Assembly: GCA_046483205.1 (NCBI GenBank)
Contig: JAWODS010000209.1
Coordinates: 1-55,378 of the forward strand
Origin: Armatimonadota bacterium
GTDB taxonomy: Bacteria > Armatimonadota > Zipacnadia > Zipacnadales > UBA11051
Length of the DNA stretch: 55,378 nucleotides
Direction: 5' to 3'
Below the pieces are notes generated by a model that ran no database searches, was not told the origin of the DNA, and saw only the letters and a program-made list of their open reading frames with translations. The position numbers were made by a program, and so were the translations under genes. Below are positions 26,225 to 35,377 of this stretch, piece after piece (within the stretch, counting starts at the first letter, position 1; each line of letters begins with the position of its first letter).

Positions 26225-27454
26225 ATGGAGAGATACCACGTGTCGGACTCAATTTCACATCCCATTTATGACGCAGCTTTGAACATCAAAGAAGAGCTCG
26301 TGCAGTGGCGGCGGCATATCCACCGCAATCCTGAACCCAGCATGCAGGAGCACGAGACCGCCGCCTACGTCGCAGAGCATCTCAGGGAGTTCGGTCTTTC
26401 TGAGGTGCAGACCGGCGTGGGTGAAACCGGTGTCGTCGGCCTCATCAGGGGCGAGGGAGACGCGACCGTTGCGCTGCGAGCCGATATGGATGCCCTGGAG
26501 CTGCCGGAGGAGAACGACGTGCCGTACGCCTCTGAGAATCCAGGTGTCATGCACGCCTGCGGACATGACGGTCACACGACGTGTCTTCTGGGGGCTGCGG
26601 CGATACTCGCCAATCACGGCTCCCTGCCGGGGAACGTAAAGCTGATTTTTCAGCCGGGCGAAGAGGGCCGTGCCGGGGCCCGAAAAATGATTCGTGACGG
26701 TTGCCTGCGCGATCCGGACGTCGGCGCAATCGCCGGCCTACATCTGACCAACGAAGTCCCCAGCGGTTACGTGGGGATACGGCACGGATACTGGACGGCC
26801 CAGAGCGACAGCATCGATATGACTGTCCACGGCCAGACGGGGCACGCCTCGCGGCCGGACCAGGGCGTGGATTCGGTGGCTGTCACGGCCCAGCTACTGC
26901 AAACCATCCAGGAGTTCATCGGTCGTCACACCAGCGCGCTGGACCGCAAGCTGGTCACCTTCGGAAGCATACAGGGAGGAACCCGGCGGAATATCCTGGC
27001 AGGAAGCGTTGCGCTCGAAGGCACCATTCGTACGCTGGAGCCGCGCGGGCGGGAGGCGGTGCTCGATTTCATTCAGAACCGTCTGCCGACCATCGCCGAA
27101 GCAATGGGAGCGGAGCTGGAGGTACATATCGACGAAGGCTACCCACCCCTGCACAATGACGAAAACGTGGTCAATACGATGGATGCCGCCGCCCGCGATC
27201 TTTATGGAGATGACCCTGTCGTGGATGTGCCGCAGCCGGTGCTGGGAGCCGAAGATTTCGCATTCTATGCCACCGAGGGCAATATCCCGGCCGCCATGTG
27301 CCGCCTGGGAACCCTGGATGAAGAAAAAGGCTTCACCGGAGCGCTCCACAGCACCACGTTCGATTTTGATGACGAGCACGTACTGCCCATCGGTGCTGCC
27401 CTGATGGCCAATATTGCACTTCACATGCTCAAAGGCGACTACTTGCGCTCATAG
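26225..27454 (+). CDS. M20D-family amidohydrolase (N-acyl-amino-acid amidohydrolase / hippuricase-like)
   Basis: 409 aa. The motifs are WRRHIHRNPE, ALRADMDALE, MHACGHDGH and FQPGEEG. The alternative start is GTG at 26240. Confidence 0.8.
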   Translation: MERYHVSDSISHPIYDAALNIKEELVQWRRHIHRNPEPSMQEHETAAYVAEHLREFGLSEVQTGVGETGVVGLIRGEGDATVALRADMDALELPEENDVPYASENPGVMHACGHDGHTTCLLGAAAILANHGSLPGNVKLIFQPGEEGRAGARKMIRDGCLRDPDVGAIAGLHLTNEVPSGYVGIRHGYWTAQSDSIDMTVHGQTGHASRPDQGVDSVAVTAQLLQTIQEFIGRHTSALDRKLVTFGSIQGGTRRNILAGSVALEGTIRTLEPRGREAVLDFIQNRLPTIAEAMGAELEVHIDEGYPPLHNDENVVNTMDAAARDLYGDDPVVDVPQPVLGAEDFAFYATEGNIPAAMCRLGTLDEEKGFTGALHSTTFDFDDEHVLPIGAALMANIALHMLKGDYLRS

Positions 27455-30400
27455 CGGACCGATGACGGCATATTGACGGTGTCTCCCGGCCCATAGTCCA
27501 TCACATACGCCCGCACGGTGCCGTCTCCGTCCGCATCGGTGAAGTCGCTGTTCTGAAATGGTTCATCCAGCGTGAGTGCCCCGCCGGAAGCATCGGCCAC
27601 CCGGCCCACCGGCTCCATCTTCTCATTGACCACAGACATGCCGGGCACCACGAATGGCAGGCTCGTCGGTGTCACGATCTTCCCTTCGTCGGGCTTCAGC
27701 TCTTTCACGTAAGCCCGGCCCTTGATGGGGAGCTGGTCGCCAAACGCGAGCGTCCGGTCACCCATAACGTCGTTGATGGTGAAGGTCGCACCGTACGCAC
27801 CACGGAGTATGACGGCGGTGTGTCCATCAACGATTCGGTCGGTGGTGACCGGGTCGGCCAGCGTCACGGTGTTTGCTGTATAGTCGCAGTCGCTCACGGT
27901 AGTGTTCAGCGTTGACGGGCCCTCCAGCCGCCAGTCCCCCCTCGCCAGCAGTGTCGCGTCATGAAGATACGCCCTGTCCACCGCTCCTGCGGCATCCAGG
28001 CACAGCAGGCCAACCCGGCCGGCAAAACGGATGCCGTCTTCGATCTCGCATTCAGCCACCGGCTCGGCCGCATTGAAGTAGTAGTGGGTCGCCCCGGACT
28101 CGAGAGTGATTTTCAGGGCGACGAGGTCAGGATCGGGCGTCTCAACACGGTGCACGCTGCGAACGGACGGTTCGCCTGCACCCGGCTCGAACAGGGTCAC
28201 GAAGGTGCTGTCCAGATCCTCTCCAGCCCGGCGGCGAACGCAGAATTTGACAGCTTCCGGCGTCCCCTGGCGGTTCTTTTGAGGGATGCCGTCACACAGG
28301 AAAACATTCTCGTTCTCACCGACCAGGTGAGCGCGAAGGAACGCCCCATCGTTCGCCCTGACCAGTCCCGCAGCCTGCGGCCCCCCGGTAATAACATCCC
28401 ACTGCACCCATCCATCCGGCTGCAGCGTTGTGTTCTGCACGTTGAAGAGAAACTGAAAGCTGCTGCCGCGGTAGGTGAAGTAGTTGACCGAACCGTAGGG
28501 AGCGTCCGCGAGCTTCGGGTCATCGTAGAAATAGCCGTATTCGACGCCCGGCCCCGCCAGCGTCCCCTCTTCACGCGGTGGAGAGAAGTCGAGATTGGAG
28601 GTTACCTCTGCATTGGTGCCGTGGACCAGCCAGTCGTGCTGTGACCCGCCGCGGATGCGAAAGACATCAAGAATATACGGGCTTTGTGCGGCTGTTACCA
28701 TGGCCACCGACCGCCGGTAGGTCTCGCACTGCTCATATACGGCGTTATTTTCAGTCTCGACATACTTGCATACCGGCCCGGGATCATACGCAAGACACCT
28801 CCCGCGGCCGTTGGCCTGCGAGCTCTTATCCACCATCACCGTATTGTGAGAGATGGTGTGGGCGAAGAACCCGGCACGCCGGGGATCGGTGGAGTTGGCG
28901 GTCTCGGGATAGCCGAAATCGGGCATCATGGAGCAATTTTCGGCGAAAATATCCAGGTGCATTTTATCCCGGTGCGAGTGACCAAGGAATTTACCGTAGA
29001 ACAAAGATGCTGCAATCGTGTCGGATGTGTCACCAGTCTGAAAAATCGCCAGGCCGTAGCCGGGAAGATGCCGGTCGGAAAACCCGAGAGGGGTGTTGAG
29101 GCTGGCCGCATCCGCTGAGACCTGCTCTGTTATCGGCTCTTTGAAAATATCCCGGCCGGGCGTGCTGGACATCTCGGACAGGACGGCCGCATATCGGGGA
29201 TCTTGGTACGTCCGGTAGGCCGTGTCATAAATGTTCTCTCTCCACATGCGGCCCCGGTTGGAGATATTCCCCGAATCGCCAAGCGACGGGGTGAACTCGC
29301 CGGCGATAACCATGTCTATCGGCCAGTCGTACAGCTTCCGAAAGCGGGGATTGTCGAACACATCCACGCCATTGACCAACAAAAGCTCCGCTATCTGTGT
29401 CAGATTTCGCACCCACCCGAGATTGTAGCCCGGGGATTCAAAAGGAGTGCCGTCACAATAGACGAGGTTGTACAGCGCGTCGTACAGCGGCATCATCGTG
29501 TAAACGTCGTATTCCTCGTTGTTCAGCAGCCAGTCGATCATCGCCTCGCTGGAAGGCTCGCCCGGCGTGTCTTTCAGTGTTGCCGCAATCTCTAAAAGAC
29601 CCGACTGATGAGAGCCGTAGTTGCCCGCTATATGCCTGGTTTCCTCGACGATATGACGGGCCATGTCGCGAAGTAGCTGCTCCTCGATGAGATGGCGGAT
29701 ATCTTCGGAGCTCTTGCCCGTGTATGCTTCCAGCTCTGCACATCCCTCCGCCAGCGCCGGATATATCGCATCGTACGCCCGGGCGCATGAATGGACGGTG
29801 CTGGTCTCCCACGTATGATAAAAAAGCTTGCCATGGTAGTTACGCTTGATCTCAGTACCAATCCGCGACTGGTTGACATAGTCGTAATCGGGATAATACT
29901 CGGCAATCTGCCACAACAGCACTCCGCATTTGGAAGCATATTTCGGATCATCGGTGAACAGATAGGCCCGGTAAAGCTTGTCAATTGCCGGGAGGAGGCG
30001 CCGCCGGGTCATCCAGTGGTTGTACCAGGCGACAAACCAGTACTTCTGATCGGGGTACTCCGGAGACTGCCAGCCCCAGCCGTCGTCAGGGTGATCTCCG
30101 GTCAAAAGCGAACGGTCCTCAAAGCCGGAATCGATGAATGCCTGGTAGTCATTGCTCGGATAGACTTTGCCGCAGTTCGGACACTTGACTTTGTACGGTT
30201 TGTCAGGGTCGATGATCCATGAATAGTTGCCGTGCTTGCGCATCTGCAGACCGCAATTGGGACACCCGGTCTCATGGACATAAATAGAGCGGGGTATGCG
30301 GGGGTCGGGCACCCATGAGGCAAGCTCCTCGTGCGGTTTGTTGACGATATCTTCTGCCGCGGCGACCGCGGAGTCGCGAATCGCTTTCGCCCAGTCGTAT

Positions 30401-30528
30401 TTCTCGATGTTTTCGCGCATGGTGGCGATTTTGTCCGGGGTGTACAGCGTGCGACCGGATTTGGCATAAGCGGCTGCAGCCGTCATAATAAGGGTGGCAC
30501 AGACAATCAGCAGATACAGATTACGCAT
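27439..30528 (-). CDS. secreted heparinase II/III-family (polysaccharide-lyase-like) protein with an N-terminal Cys4 zinc-ribbon insert
   Basis: The signal peptide is MRNLYLLIVCATLIMTAAAAYA. HSHRDKMHLDIF and ISHNTVMVD match the heparinase II/III C-terminal domain hallmarks (GHxHxD, HNT). It carries CPNCG-x23-CPNCG. The start was trimmed to ATG at 30528. Confidence 0.6.
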   Translation of the reverse strand: MRNLYLLIVCATLIMTAAAAYAKSGRTLYTPDKIATMRENIEKYDWAKAIRDSAVAAAEDIVNKPHEELASWVPDPRIPRSIYVHETGCPNCGLQMRKHGNYSWIIDPDKPYKVKCPNCGKVYPSNDYQAFIDSGFEDRSLLTGDHPDDGWGWQSPEYPDQKYWFVAWYNHWMTRRRLLPAIDKLYRAYLFTDDPKYASKCGVLLWQIAEYYPDYDYVNQSRIGTEIKRNYHGKLFYHTWETSTVHSCARAYDAIYPALAEGCAELEAYTGKSSEDIRHLIEEQLLRDMARHIVEETRHIAGNYGSHQSGLLEIAATLKDTPGEPSSEAMIDWLLNNEEYDVYTMMPLYDALYNLVYCDGTPFESPGYNLGWVRNLTQIAELLLVNGVDVFDNPRFRKLYDWPIDMVIAGEFTPSLGDSGNISNRGRMWRENIYDTAYRTYQDPRYAAVLSEMSSTPGRDIFKEPITEQVSADAASLNTPLGFSDRHLPGYGLAIFQTGDTSDTIAASLFYGKFLGHSHRDKMHLDIFAENCSMMPDFGYPETANSTDPRRAGFFAHTISHNTVMVDKSSQANGRGRCLAYDPGPVCKYVETENNAVYEQCETYRRSVAMVTAAQSPYILDVFRIRGGSQHDWLVHGTNAEVTSNLDFSPPREEGTLAGPGVEYGYFYDDPKLADAPYGSVNYFTYRGSSFQFLFNVQNTTLQPDGWVQWDVITGGPQAAGLVRANDGAFLRAHLVGENENVFLCDGIPQKNRQGTPEAVKFCVRRRAGEDLDSTFVTLFEPGAGEPSVRSVHRVETPDPDLVALKITLESGATHYYFNAAEPVAECEIEDGIRFAGRVGLLCLDAAGAVDRAYLHDATLLARGDWRLEGPSTLNTTVSDCDYTANTVTLADPVTTDRIVDGHTAVILRGAYGATFTINDVMGDRTLAFGDQLPIKGRAYVKELKPDEGKIVTPTSLPFVVPGMSVVNEKMEPVGRVADASGGALTLDEPFQNSDFTDADGDGTVRAYVMDYGPGDTVNMPSSVRYERK

Positions 30529-30650
30529 ATCATCAACTCCGAAGCACGGGTGGTATGTACGGGTACTATTCGCTGACACTTGCCGCCTTTCCTTTTGCGC
30601 GCGTACTATGAGAAGCGTGGGTTGCGGCAGATGTCAGCGGGGGAGAGAGC

Positions 30651-31700
30651 ATGCTACAAATTGATGGCTCGCAGGGCGAGGGCGGCGGACAGATACTCCG
30701 GACCGCGCTCTCGCTGGGGGCGCTGACGGGGGAAGCGGTTCGCATCTTCAACATCCGGGCGGGGCGATCGCAGCCGGGACTTTCCGCCCAGCACGTCACG
30801 TGCTGCCGGGCGGTCGCAGAGGTCTGCAACGGTCGTATCGAAGGAGCCGAAATGCGCTCGGGCGAAGTCGTTTTGCATCCGGGCACGATTACCGGGGGCA
30901 GCTACGAGTTCGACGTGGCCGCCGTACGACCCAGCGCAGGCTCGACCTCCCTGGTACTGCAGAGCGTAATGCCAGTGCTGGCATTGGCGCCGAAAGCATC
31001 AACGGTGGCGATCCACGGGGGGACAGATGTCAAATGGAGTCCTCCGTATAGCTACCTCGCCAATACCTTCGTCCCGGCGCTGGAAGAATGTGGATTACGC
31101 GTGACATTGAGTCGTCCACGTGCGGGCTTCTACCCCGTCGGCGAGGGACTGCTTACCGCTGAAATCCAGCCGGCGGCGGAAGGGTTGAAGCCGATGTGGA
31201 TGGTTGAGCGCGGTGACGTTGAATCGGTCACCGTCAGCAGCACGGTGGCGCAGGGGTTGCCGGACCACATCCTCCACCGTCAGAACAAAGCAGCCGCACG
31301 GGTGCTGGGAGACGAAGGCCTGAAGGCCTCCTGCGAAGAATACTACCCCGATTCCACCTCACCCGGAACCACATGTGTGGTCAGCATTGTTTACAAAAAC
31401 GGATACGGCGGTTTTGCGGCCCTGGGGGAGAGAGGGAAACCTGCCGAAGAGGTGGGAAAAGAAGCGGCGCACAAAGCACTGGGTTTCATTCACTCACAGG
31501 CGGCCGTCGATTCTCATCTGGCCGACCAGCTTCTATTATACATGGCTCTTGGCTGTGGTGAGAGCGTCATCCAGACCCACGAGGTGACCTCCCACCTCAA
31601 GACCAATGCGGCCGTGGCCCAACAACTTCTCGATGTCCCCGTGTCGTTTCACGACTACGGGACGGTGACTGTGTATGGCATGGGCCTGTGCCACGTGTGA
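30651..31700 (+). CDS. rtcA: RNA 3'-terminal phosphate cyclase
   Basis: 349 aa. IDGSQGEGGGQILRTALSLGALTG...RIFNIRAGRSQPGLSAQH is the RtcA N-terminal signature. The catalytic-His region is AVDSHLADQL. Confidence 0.88.
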   Translation: MLQIDGSQGEGGGQILRTALSLGALTGEAVRIFNIRAGRSQPGLSAQHVTCCRAVAEVCNGRIEGAEMRSGEVVLHPGTITGGSYEFDVAAVRPSAGSTSLVLQSVMPVLALAPKASTVAIHGGTDVKWSPPYSYLANTFVPALEECGLRVTLSRPRAGFYPVGEGLLTAEIQPAAEGLKPMWMVERGDVESVTVSSTVAQGLPDHILHRQNKAAARVLGDEGLKASCEEYYPDSTSPGTTCVVSIVYKNGYGGFAALGERGKPAEEVGKEAAHKALGFIHSQAAVDSHLADQLLLYMALGCGESVIQTHEVTSHLKTNAAVAQQLLDVPVSFHDYGTVTVYGMGLCHV

Positions 31701-31751
31701 TTTGTTGGCAGCGGCGCAGGCGTCAAAAACTCAGCTTTTGAGGTGATAGGA

Positions 31752-32252
31752 ATGTCCGCCGACAAAAACAATGACGACGAAATGGAATTTGAGTATAAGA
31801 CAGTTGACGAACGCACCGCGCACAAAGAAGCGCAGGAGCCAGCCGACAATGATGAGGCCGAGGCGGTGCAGGAGAGCGCCGAAAGCGACGATGAACAGAC
31901 CGCCGGCGCGCAGCCGGAAAATGAGACTGAAGCAGAAGCCGAAGCCGATGTTCCGCCCGAGGGTGATTTTGACCAGCAGCAGGCAGCCGAACAGATGATG
32001 GCGGATATGGACATCTACACCATCCTGCGGATGATGATCGGGATGGTCGCCGAGCAGGCCTGGATCAATCTTGGATTGCGCGTGGCGCCGGGCAAAGAAG
32101 AGGCGGAGATGAAGCTTGACGAAGCGCGGGTCGCCATTGATACACTGCAGTTCATCCAGAAGAAAATGGAAAATGAGCTGGAGGACGACGAAAAACGCGA
32201 GCTGGAATCGCTGGTATCGACACTCCAGTTGAATTATGTGCGCAAGAGCTAA
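31752..32252 (+). CDS. DUF1844 domain protein (acidic N-terminal half)
   Basis: The C-terminal half, IYTILRMMIGMVAEQAWINLGL...LDEARVAIDTLQFIQKKM...ELESLVSTLQLNYV, matches the DUF1844 pattern. ATG at 31752 lies 8 nt after GAGG. Confidence 0.65.
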   Translation: MSADKNNDDEMEFEYKTVDERTAHKEAQEPADNDEAEAVQESAESDDEQTAGAQPENETEAEAEADVPPEGDFDQQQAAEQMMADMDIYTILRMMIGMVAEQAWINLGLRVAPGKEEAEMKLDEARVAIDTLQFIQKKMENELEDDEKRELESLVSTLQLNYVRKS

Positions 32253-32269
32253 CTGAGGAGAGAACGAAT

Positions 32270-33289
32270 ATGCCTGACCAACCCGTCCCTCTGGCGGTCG
32301 TGACACGCTCAGGAATGGTGGAGAGCACCCATTACGGCGATGGGGCGGTAACCGACAGCAGCGGGCGGCTCGTTGCCCATGTCGGCGATCCGCAGAAGAA
32401 ATGCTATCTCCGCTCCTCCGCCAAGCCCCTGCAGGCGCTTGTGGTGATCACATCGCAGGCCGCGGCCAACTTCGCCCTGACGGATAAAGAGCTGGCAATC
32501 TGCTGTGCGTCGCATTCTGGTTCGGCAGAACACCTGCAGACCGTGCGCGGCATCCTCGACAAAATCGGCATGAGTGAAGATGCGTTGGAATGCGGTGCCC
32601 ACATGCCGGGCGATGCAGACGAGCGCAAGAGGCTGATCCGCTCCGGCCAGGAGCCGGGGCCAATACATAACAACTGCTCCGGGAAACACGCGGGCATGCT
32701 CTCAGCCGCCCGAGCCATGGACATCGATCCGGACGGGTATTCACAGCCCAATCATATCATTCAACAGGCTGCACTGCAGATCGTCGCCGATGTGTGCGAC
32801 ATGGCACCCGGCGACATTGACCAGGGCGTTGACGGCTGTGGGGTCGTCACCTTCGGGATGCCGCTGCACAATGCGGCGACAGGTTATGCGCGCTTCACGA
32901 CCCCGGAGACGCTGCCGGAGAAGTACCAGGAGGGAGCGCGCAGGCTGGCAGGCGCCATGGCGCAATTTCCCGTGATGGTCTCCGGGCAGGGAAGCTTCAA
33001 CACGCGTCTTCTGGAGGTCTGTGGGCAGTCCCTGATCGTCAAGGGCGGGGCCGAGGGGCTCTACTGTCTCGGCATCAGGGGCGGCGACAGAGGCATCGCC
33101 GTCAAAGCCTCCGACGGCTCCGGGCGGGGGCTCCCACCGGCGCTGCTTTCGATGCTTGATACTCTCAACATGATTGAAGCCGACGACCTGGAGGAACTGA
33201 GCGAATTCGCAAAACCGGCGGTGACGAACGCTCACAACGATACCGTGGGGGAGATACGGGCGGCTTTGAGGCTCACACGGGATGGATGA
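32270..33289 (+). CDS. asparaginase-II family protein (PF06089-like)
   Basis: 339 aa. The motifs are ESTHYGDGAV, LRSSAKPLQA, CASHSG and NCSGKHAGML. Confidence 0.75.
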   Translation: MPDQPVPLAVVTRSGMVESTHYGDGAVTDSSGRLVAHVGDPQKKCYLRSSAKPLQALVVITSQAAANFALTDKELAICCASHSGSAEHLQTVRGILDKIGMSEDALECGAHMPGDADERKRLIRSGQEPGPIHNNCSGKHAGMLSAARAMDIDPDGYSQPNHIIQQAALQIVADVCDMAPGDIDQGVDGCGVVTFGMPLHNAATGYARFTTPETLPEKYQEGARRLAGAMAQFPVMVSGQGSFNTRLLEVCGQSLIVKGGAEGLYCLGIRGGDRGIAVKASDGSGRGLPPALLSMLDTLNMIEADDLEELSEFAKPAVTNAHNDTVGEIRAALRLTRDG

Positions 33290-33512
33290 CCGCGGGATTA
33301 TTGAGAAAAGCAGGGTAAGCAGGGGCGTCATGATACTCACGGTGGCTATTTTGCTGGTGGTCGTGGCGCTAATCGTGCTGCTTCCGTATTACACGAATAT
33401 CGGGCAGGTTCCAGGAACGCAACGCCAGACAGCACCCGCCGGTGAACCCGAAGGGCCGCCTCCTCCGGAAACACCGCATCCGAACACGGAAGCGCCGATG
33501 CCGAGGGAGTGA
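33282..33512 (+). CDS. possible small membrane protein with a proline-rich tail
   Basis: 76-aa ORF. It has one TM segment (MILTVAILLVVVALIVLLPYY) and then a PAGEPEGPPPPETPHP tail. The start is uncertain (33282 or 33330). I recognised no homology. Confidence 0.3.
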   Translation: MDDRGIIEKSRVSRGVMILTVAILLVVVALIVLLPYYTNIGQVPGTQRQTAPAGEPEGPPPPETPHPNTEAPMPRE

Positions 33513-33519
33513 AGCGATA

Positions 33520-34521
33520 GTGCAGACGGTGGCGGTCGTAGGAGCCGAGCGGAGAACGCCGTGGCACCTTGCGGCATATGTTGACTGTGACGCCGTGCGT
33601 GATGTGCTGCTGGCCGAGCCGGACGATCAGCGGCGCGCAGATCTCGTCGAGCCGTGGGGGATCATCAAGCAGGATGTGGCTGATTATTCGCTGCTGCTGG
33701 CTGATGATACGGTTGATATCGTGGATATATGCGCGCCTGCACACTGCAGGTCAAAAATTGCCACCGAGGCGCTGAATGCGGGCAAGCATGTGATCTGCGA
33801 GGGCCCGGCGGCGATGAATGCGGACGATTTCAGAGCACTTGCCACCGCAGCAGCCCGGGCCGAGCGCCGACTGCTGGTTTGTATCCCGCATCTGATGATA
33901 CCGGCAAATATGCGGGTGCAGGAGTTTATCGACAGCGAGGAAACCGGCCGGATAAGCCTCGCCACCATTGCGGCTTTCGGAGACGGGACTGACCGGATGG
34001 AGCTTTCGGAGGGATGGCCGGAGAGGACACAGACGGTACCAGCCATCATCACCGACGTCGTTCATGATGCGATCGCAGTGCTGCAGCGGTGGCTGGGCAA
34101 CATGACATCGGTCTCGGCCTTTTCGCCGGGAGGGATAGAGAGCATGACGGGCTGCGGAGTGAGCCTGGGGAGTGCCAGCGGCGCACTGGCGCAGATCAGT
34201 GCCGGCTACGAGCCGAGTGGCGATGGGTGGACGGAGGAGCGGCGGCTGGTCACAGAAAACGGCGTGATCCTCGTGCGCGACGATTCTGAGGATGAGCTAC
34301 CACTTATTGTGATGGAGGGTGGCATGTTCCAGCCCGTTCGCGTCCACAATCCCCCCATGATCCGGCGCCACGCCACAAAGCAGATGATCTGGAAGATCGT
34401 GGAGGCCCTGGAATGCGAGAGCGAGCCCCCGGTCACGCTCGAGGAGGCCGAAGCGGCGATCCAGACCATGGCGGCCGTGTATGAGAGTATTGAAAGTGGG
34501 CGCGTAACGGAGATCGGCTGA
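33520..34521 (+). CDS. Gfo/Idh/MocA-family oxidoreductase
   Basis: It has a Rossmann start VAVVGAE, then DIVDICAPAHCRSKIATEALNAGKHVICEGP (an EKP-like motif). GTG at 33520 lies about 10 nt after GAGGGAG. The ORF-track start at 33442 was rejected. Confidence 0.65.
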   Translation: MQTVAVVGAERRTPWHLAAYVDCDAVRDVLLAEPDDQRRADLVEPWGIIKQDVADYSLLLADDTVDIVDICAPAHCRSKIATEALNAGKHVICEGPAAMNADDFRALATAAARAERRLLVCIPHLMIPANMRVQEFIDSEETGRISLATIAAFGDGTDRMELSEGWPERTQTVPAIITDVVHDAIAVLQRWLGNMTSVSAFSPGGIESMTGCGVSLGSASGALAQISAGYEPSGDGWTEERRLVTENGVILVRDDSEDELPLIVMEGGMFQPVRVHNPPMIRRHATKQMIWKIVEALECESEPPVTLEEAEAAIQTMAAVYESIESGRVTEIG

Positions 34522-35307
34522 TCAGCGCCGGTCGGGGCGGAGCAGGTGGATGACGAAGGTCACAGGAATGGCCACCGCCGCCGTCAACAGCAGCAGGACG
34601 GTTGCGACCGTCCAGGTGGCGAAGAGTCCCTGCATGATCGGGACGAGACGGTCTGCGAGAGAGCCGAGGAGGGCACGCAGCCCCTCGGCATGTTGAGCGC
34701 TGTAGAGCGCAAGCATGACACCCGCAAAAAGCCCCAGCAGTGTGGGCATCGCATACCGCAGGTCGGTTGCGCTGGGGGAAATCTCGGCTCCGATCGTCAA
34801 CGACAGATACAAAAAGAGGTAGGTCTGCCAGTCCTGCCAGTCGAGGTTGGAAAGCAGCTCGGAGCAGTGGTGAAGCACATGCTGCGCAAGCGTGACTCCT
34901 GCGAGATGTGATGAAGGGGCCGGAACAATAATTCCGAACTGGTGTCCGATATAGACCAGTGCAACGGTGCCTGCGATCAGCGGCATGAGTGCTGCAAAAC
35001 CGTCGGCGAGCCACGGAAATCGCACGGGTGACCAGGGCTTCCCACGCACGCAGGCACCTCGACCCTCTGGATCGAATATGCAGGGTACGATATGTCGGAC
35101 GCGATAGCCGAAAAGCAGGTAACCGACCGCATGACTCGTCTCGTGCAGAATATTCCCGGGGAGACGAAGAAAGGCGAGTGGGCCACGGCTCCCGCCGGTG
35201 CCGAACGCCGACACCATCCCCCGAAAAAGCAGCCGGGATGTGAACATCAGCACAACTGCCTGCAGGAACAAAGCGGGTAGGTACGAGAAGATTGGATGAG
35301 AAATCAT
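34522..35307 (-). CDS. polytopic membrane protein with an HExxH motif (putative M50B-like membrane metalloprotease)
   Basis: 261 aa from ATG at 35307. It has about 6 TM segments and the motif NILHETSHAVGYLLFG. The upstream 147 codons of ORF 34522-35748 overlap mdh on the opposite strand and were discarded. Confidence 0.5.
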   Translation of the reverse strand: MISHPIFSYLPALFLQAVVLMFTSRLLFRGMVSAFGTGGSRGPLAFLRLPGNILHETSHAVGYLLFGYRVRHIVPCIFDPEGRGACVRGKPWSPVRFPWLADGFAALMPLIAGTVALVYIGHQFGIIVPAPSSHLAGVTLAQHVLHHCSELLSNLDWQDWQTYLFLYLSLTIGAEISPSATDLRYAMPTLLGLFAGVMLALYSAQHAEGLRALLGSLADRLVPIMQGLFATWTVATVLLLLTAAVAIPVTFVIHLLRPDRR

Positions 35308-35377
35308 AACACCGCAATTATAGCAGCAAATGACGTGACACCCAACCACGAATAAGAGACCAGACAGGAGCGATTTG

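Noticed and set aside
25383-26258. 291-aa minus-strand ORF
   Set aside because: It is antisense to the PHP-domain gene, which has the HxH/DH/H motif series.
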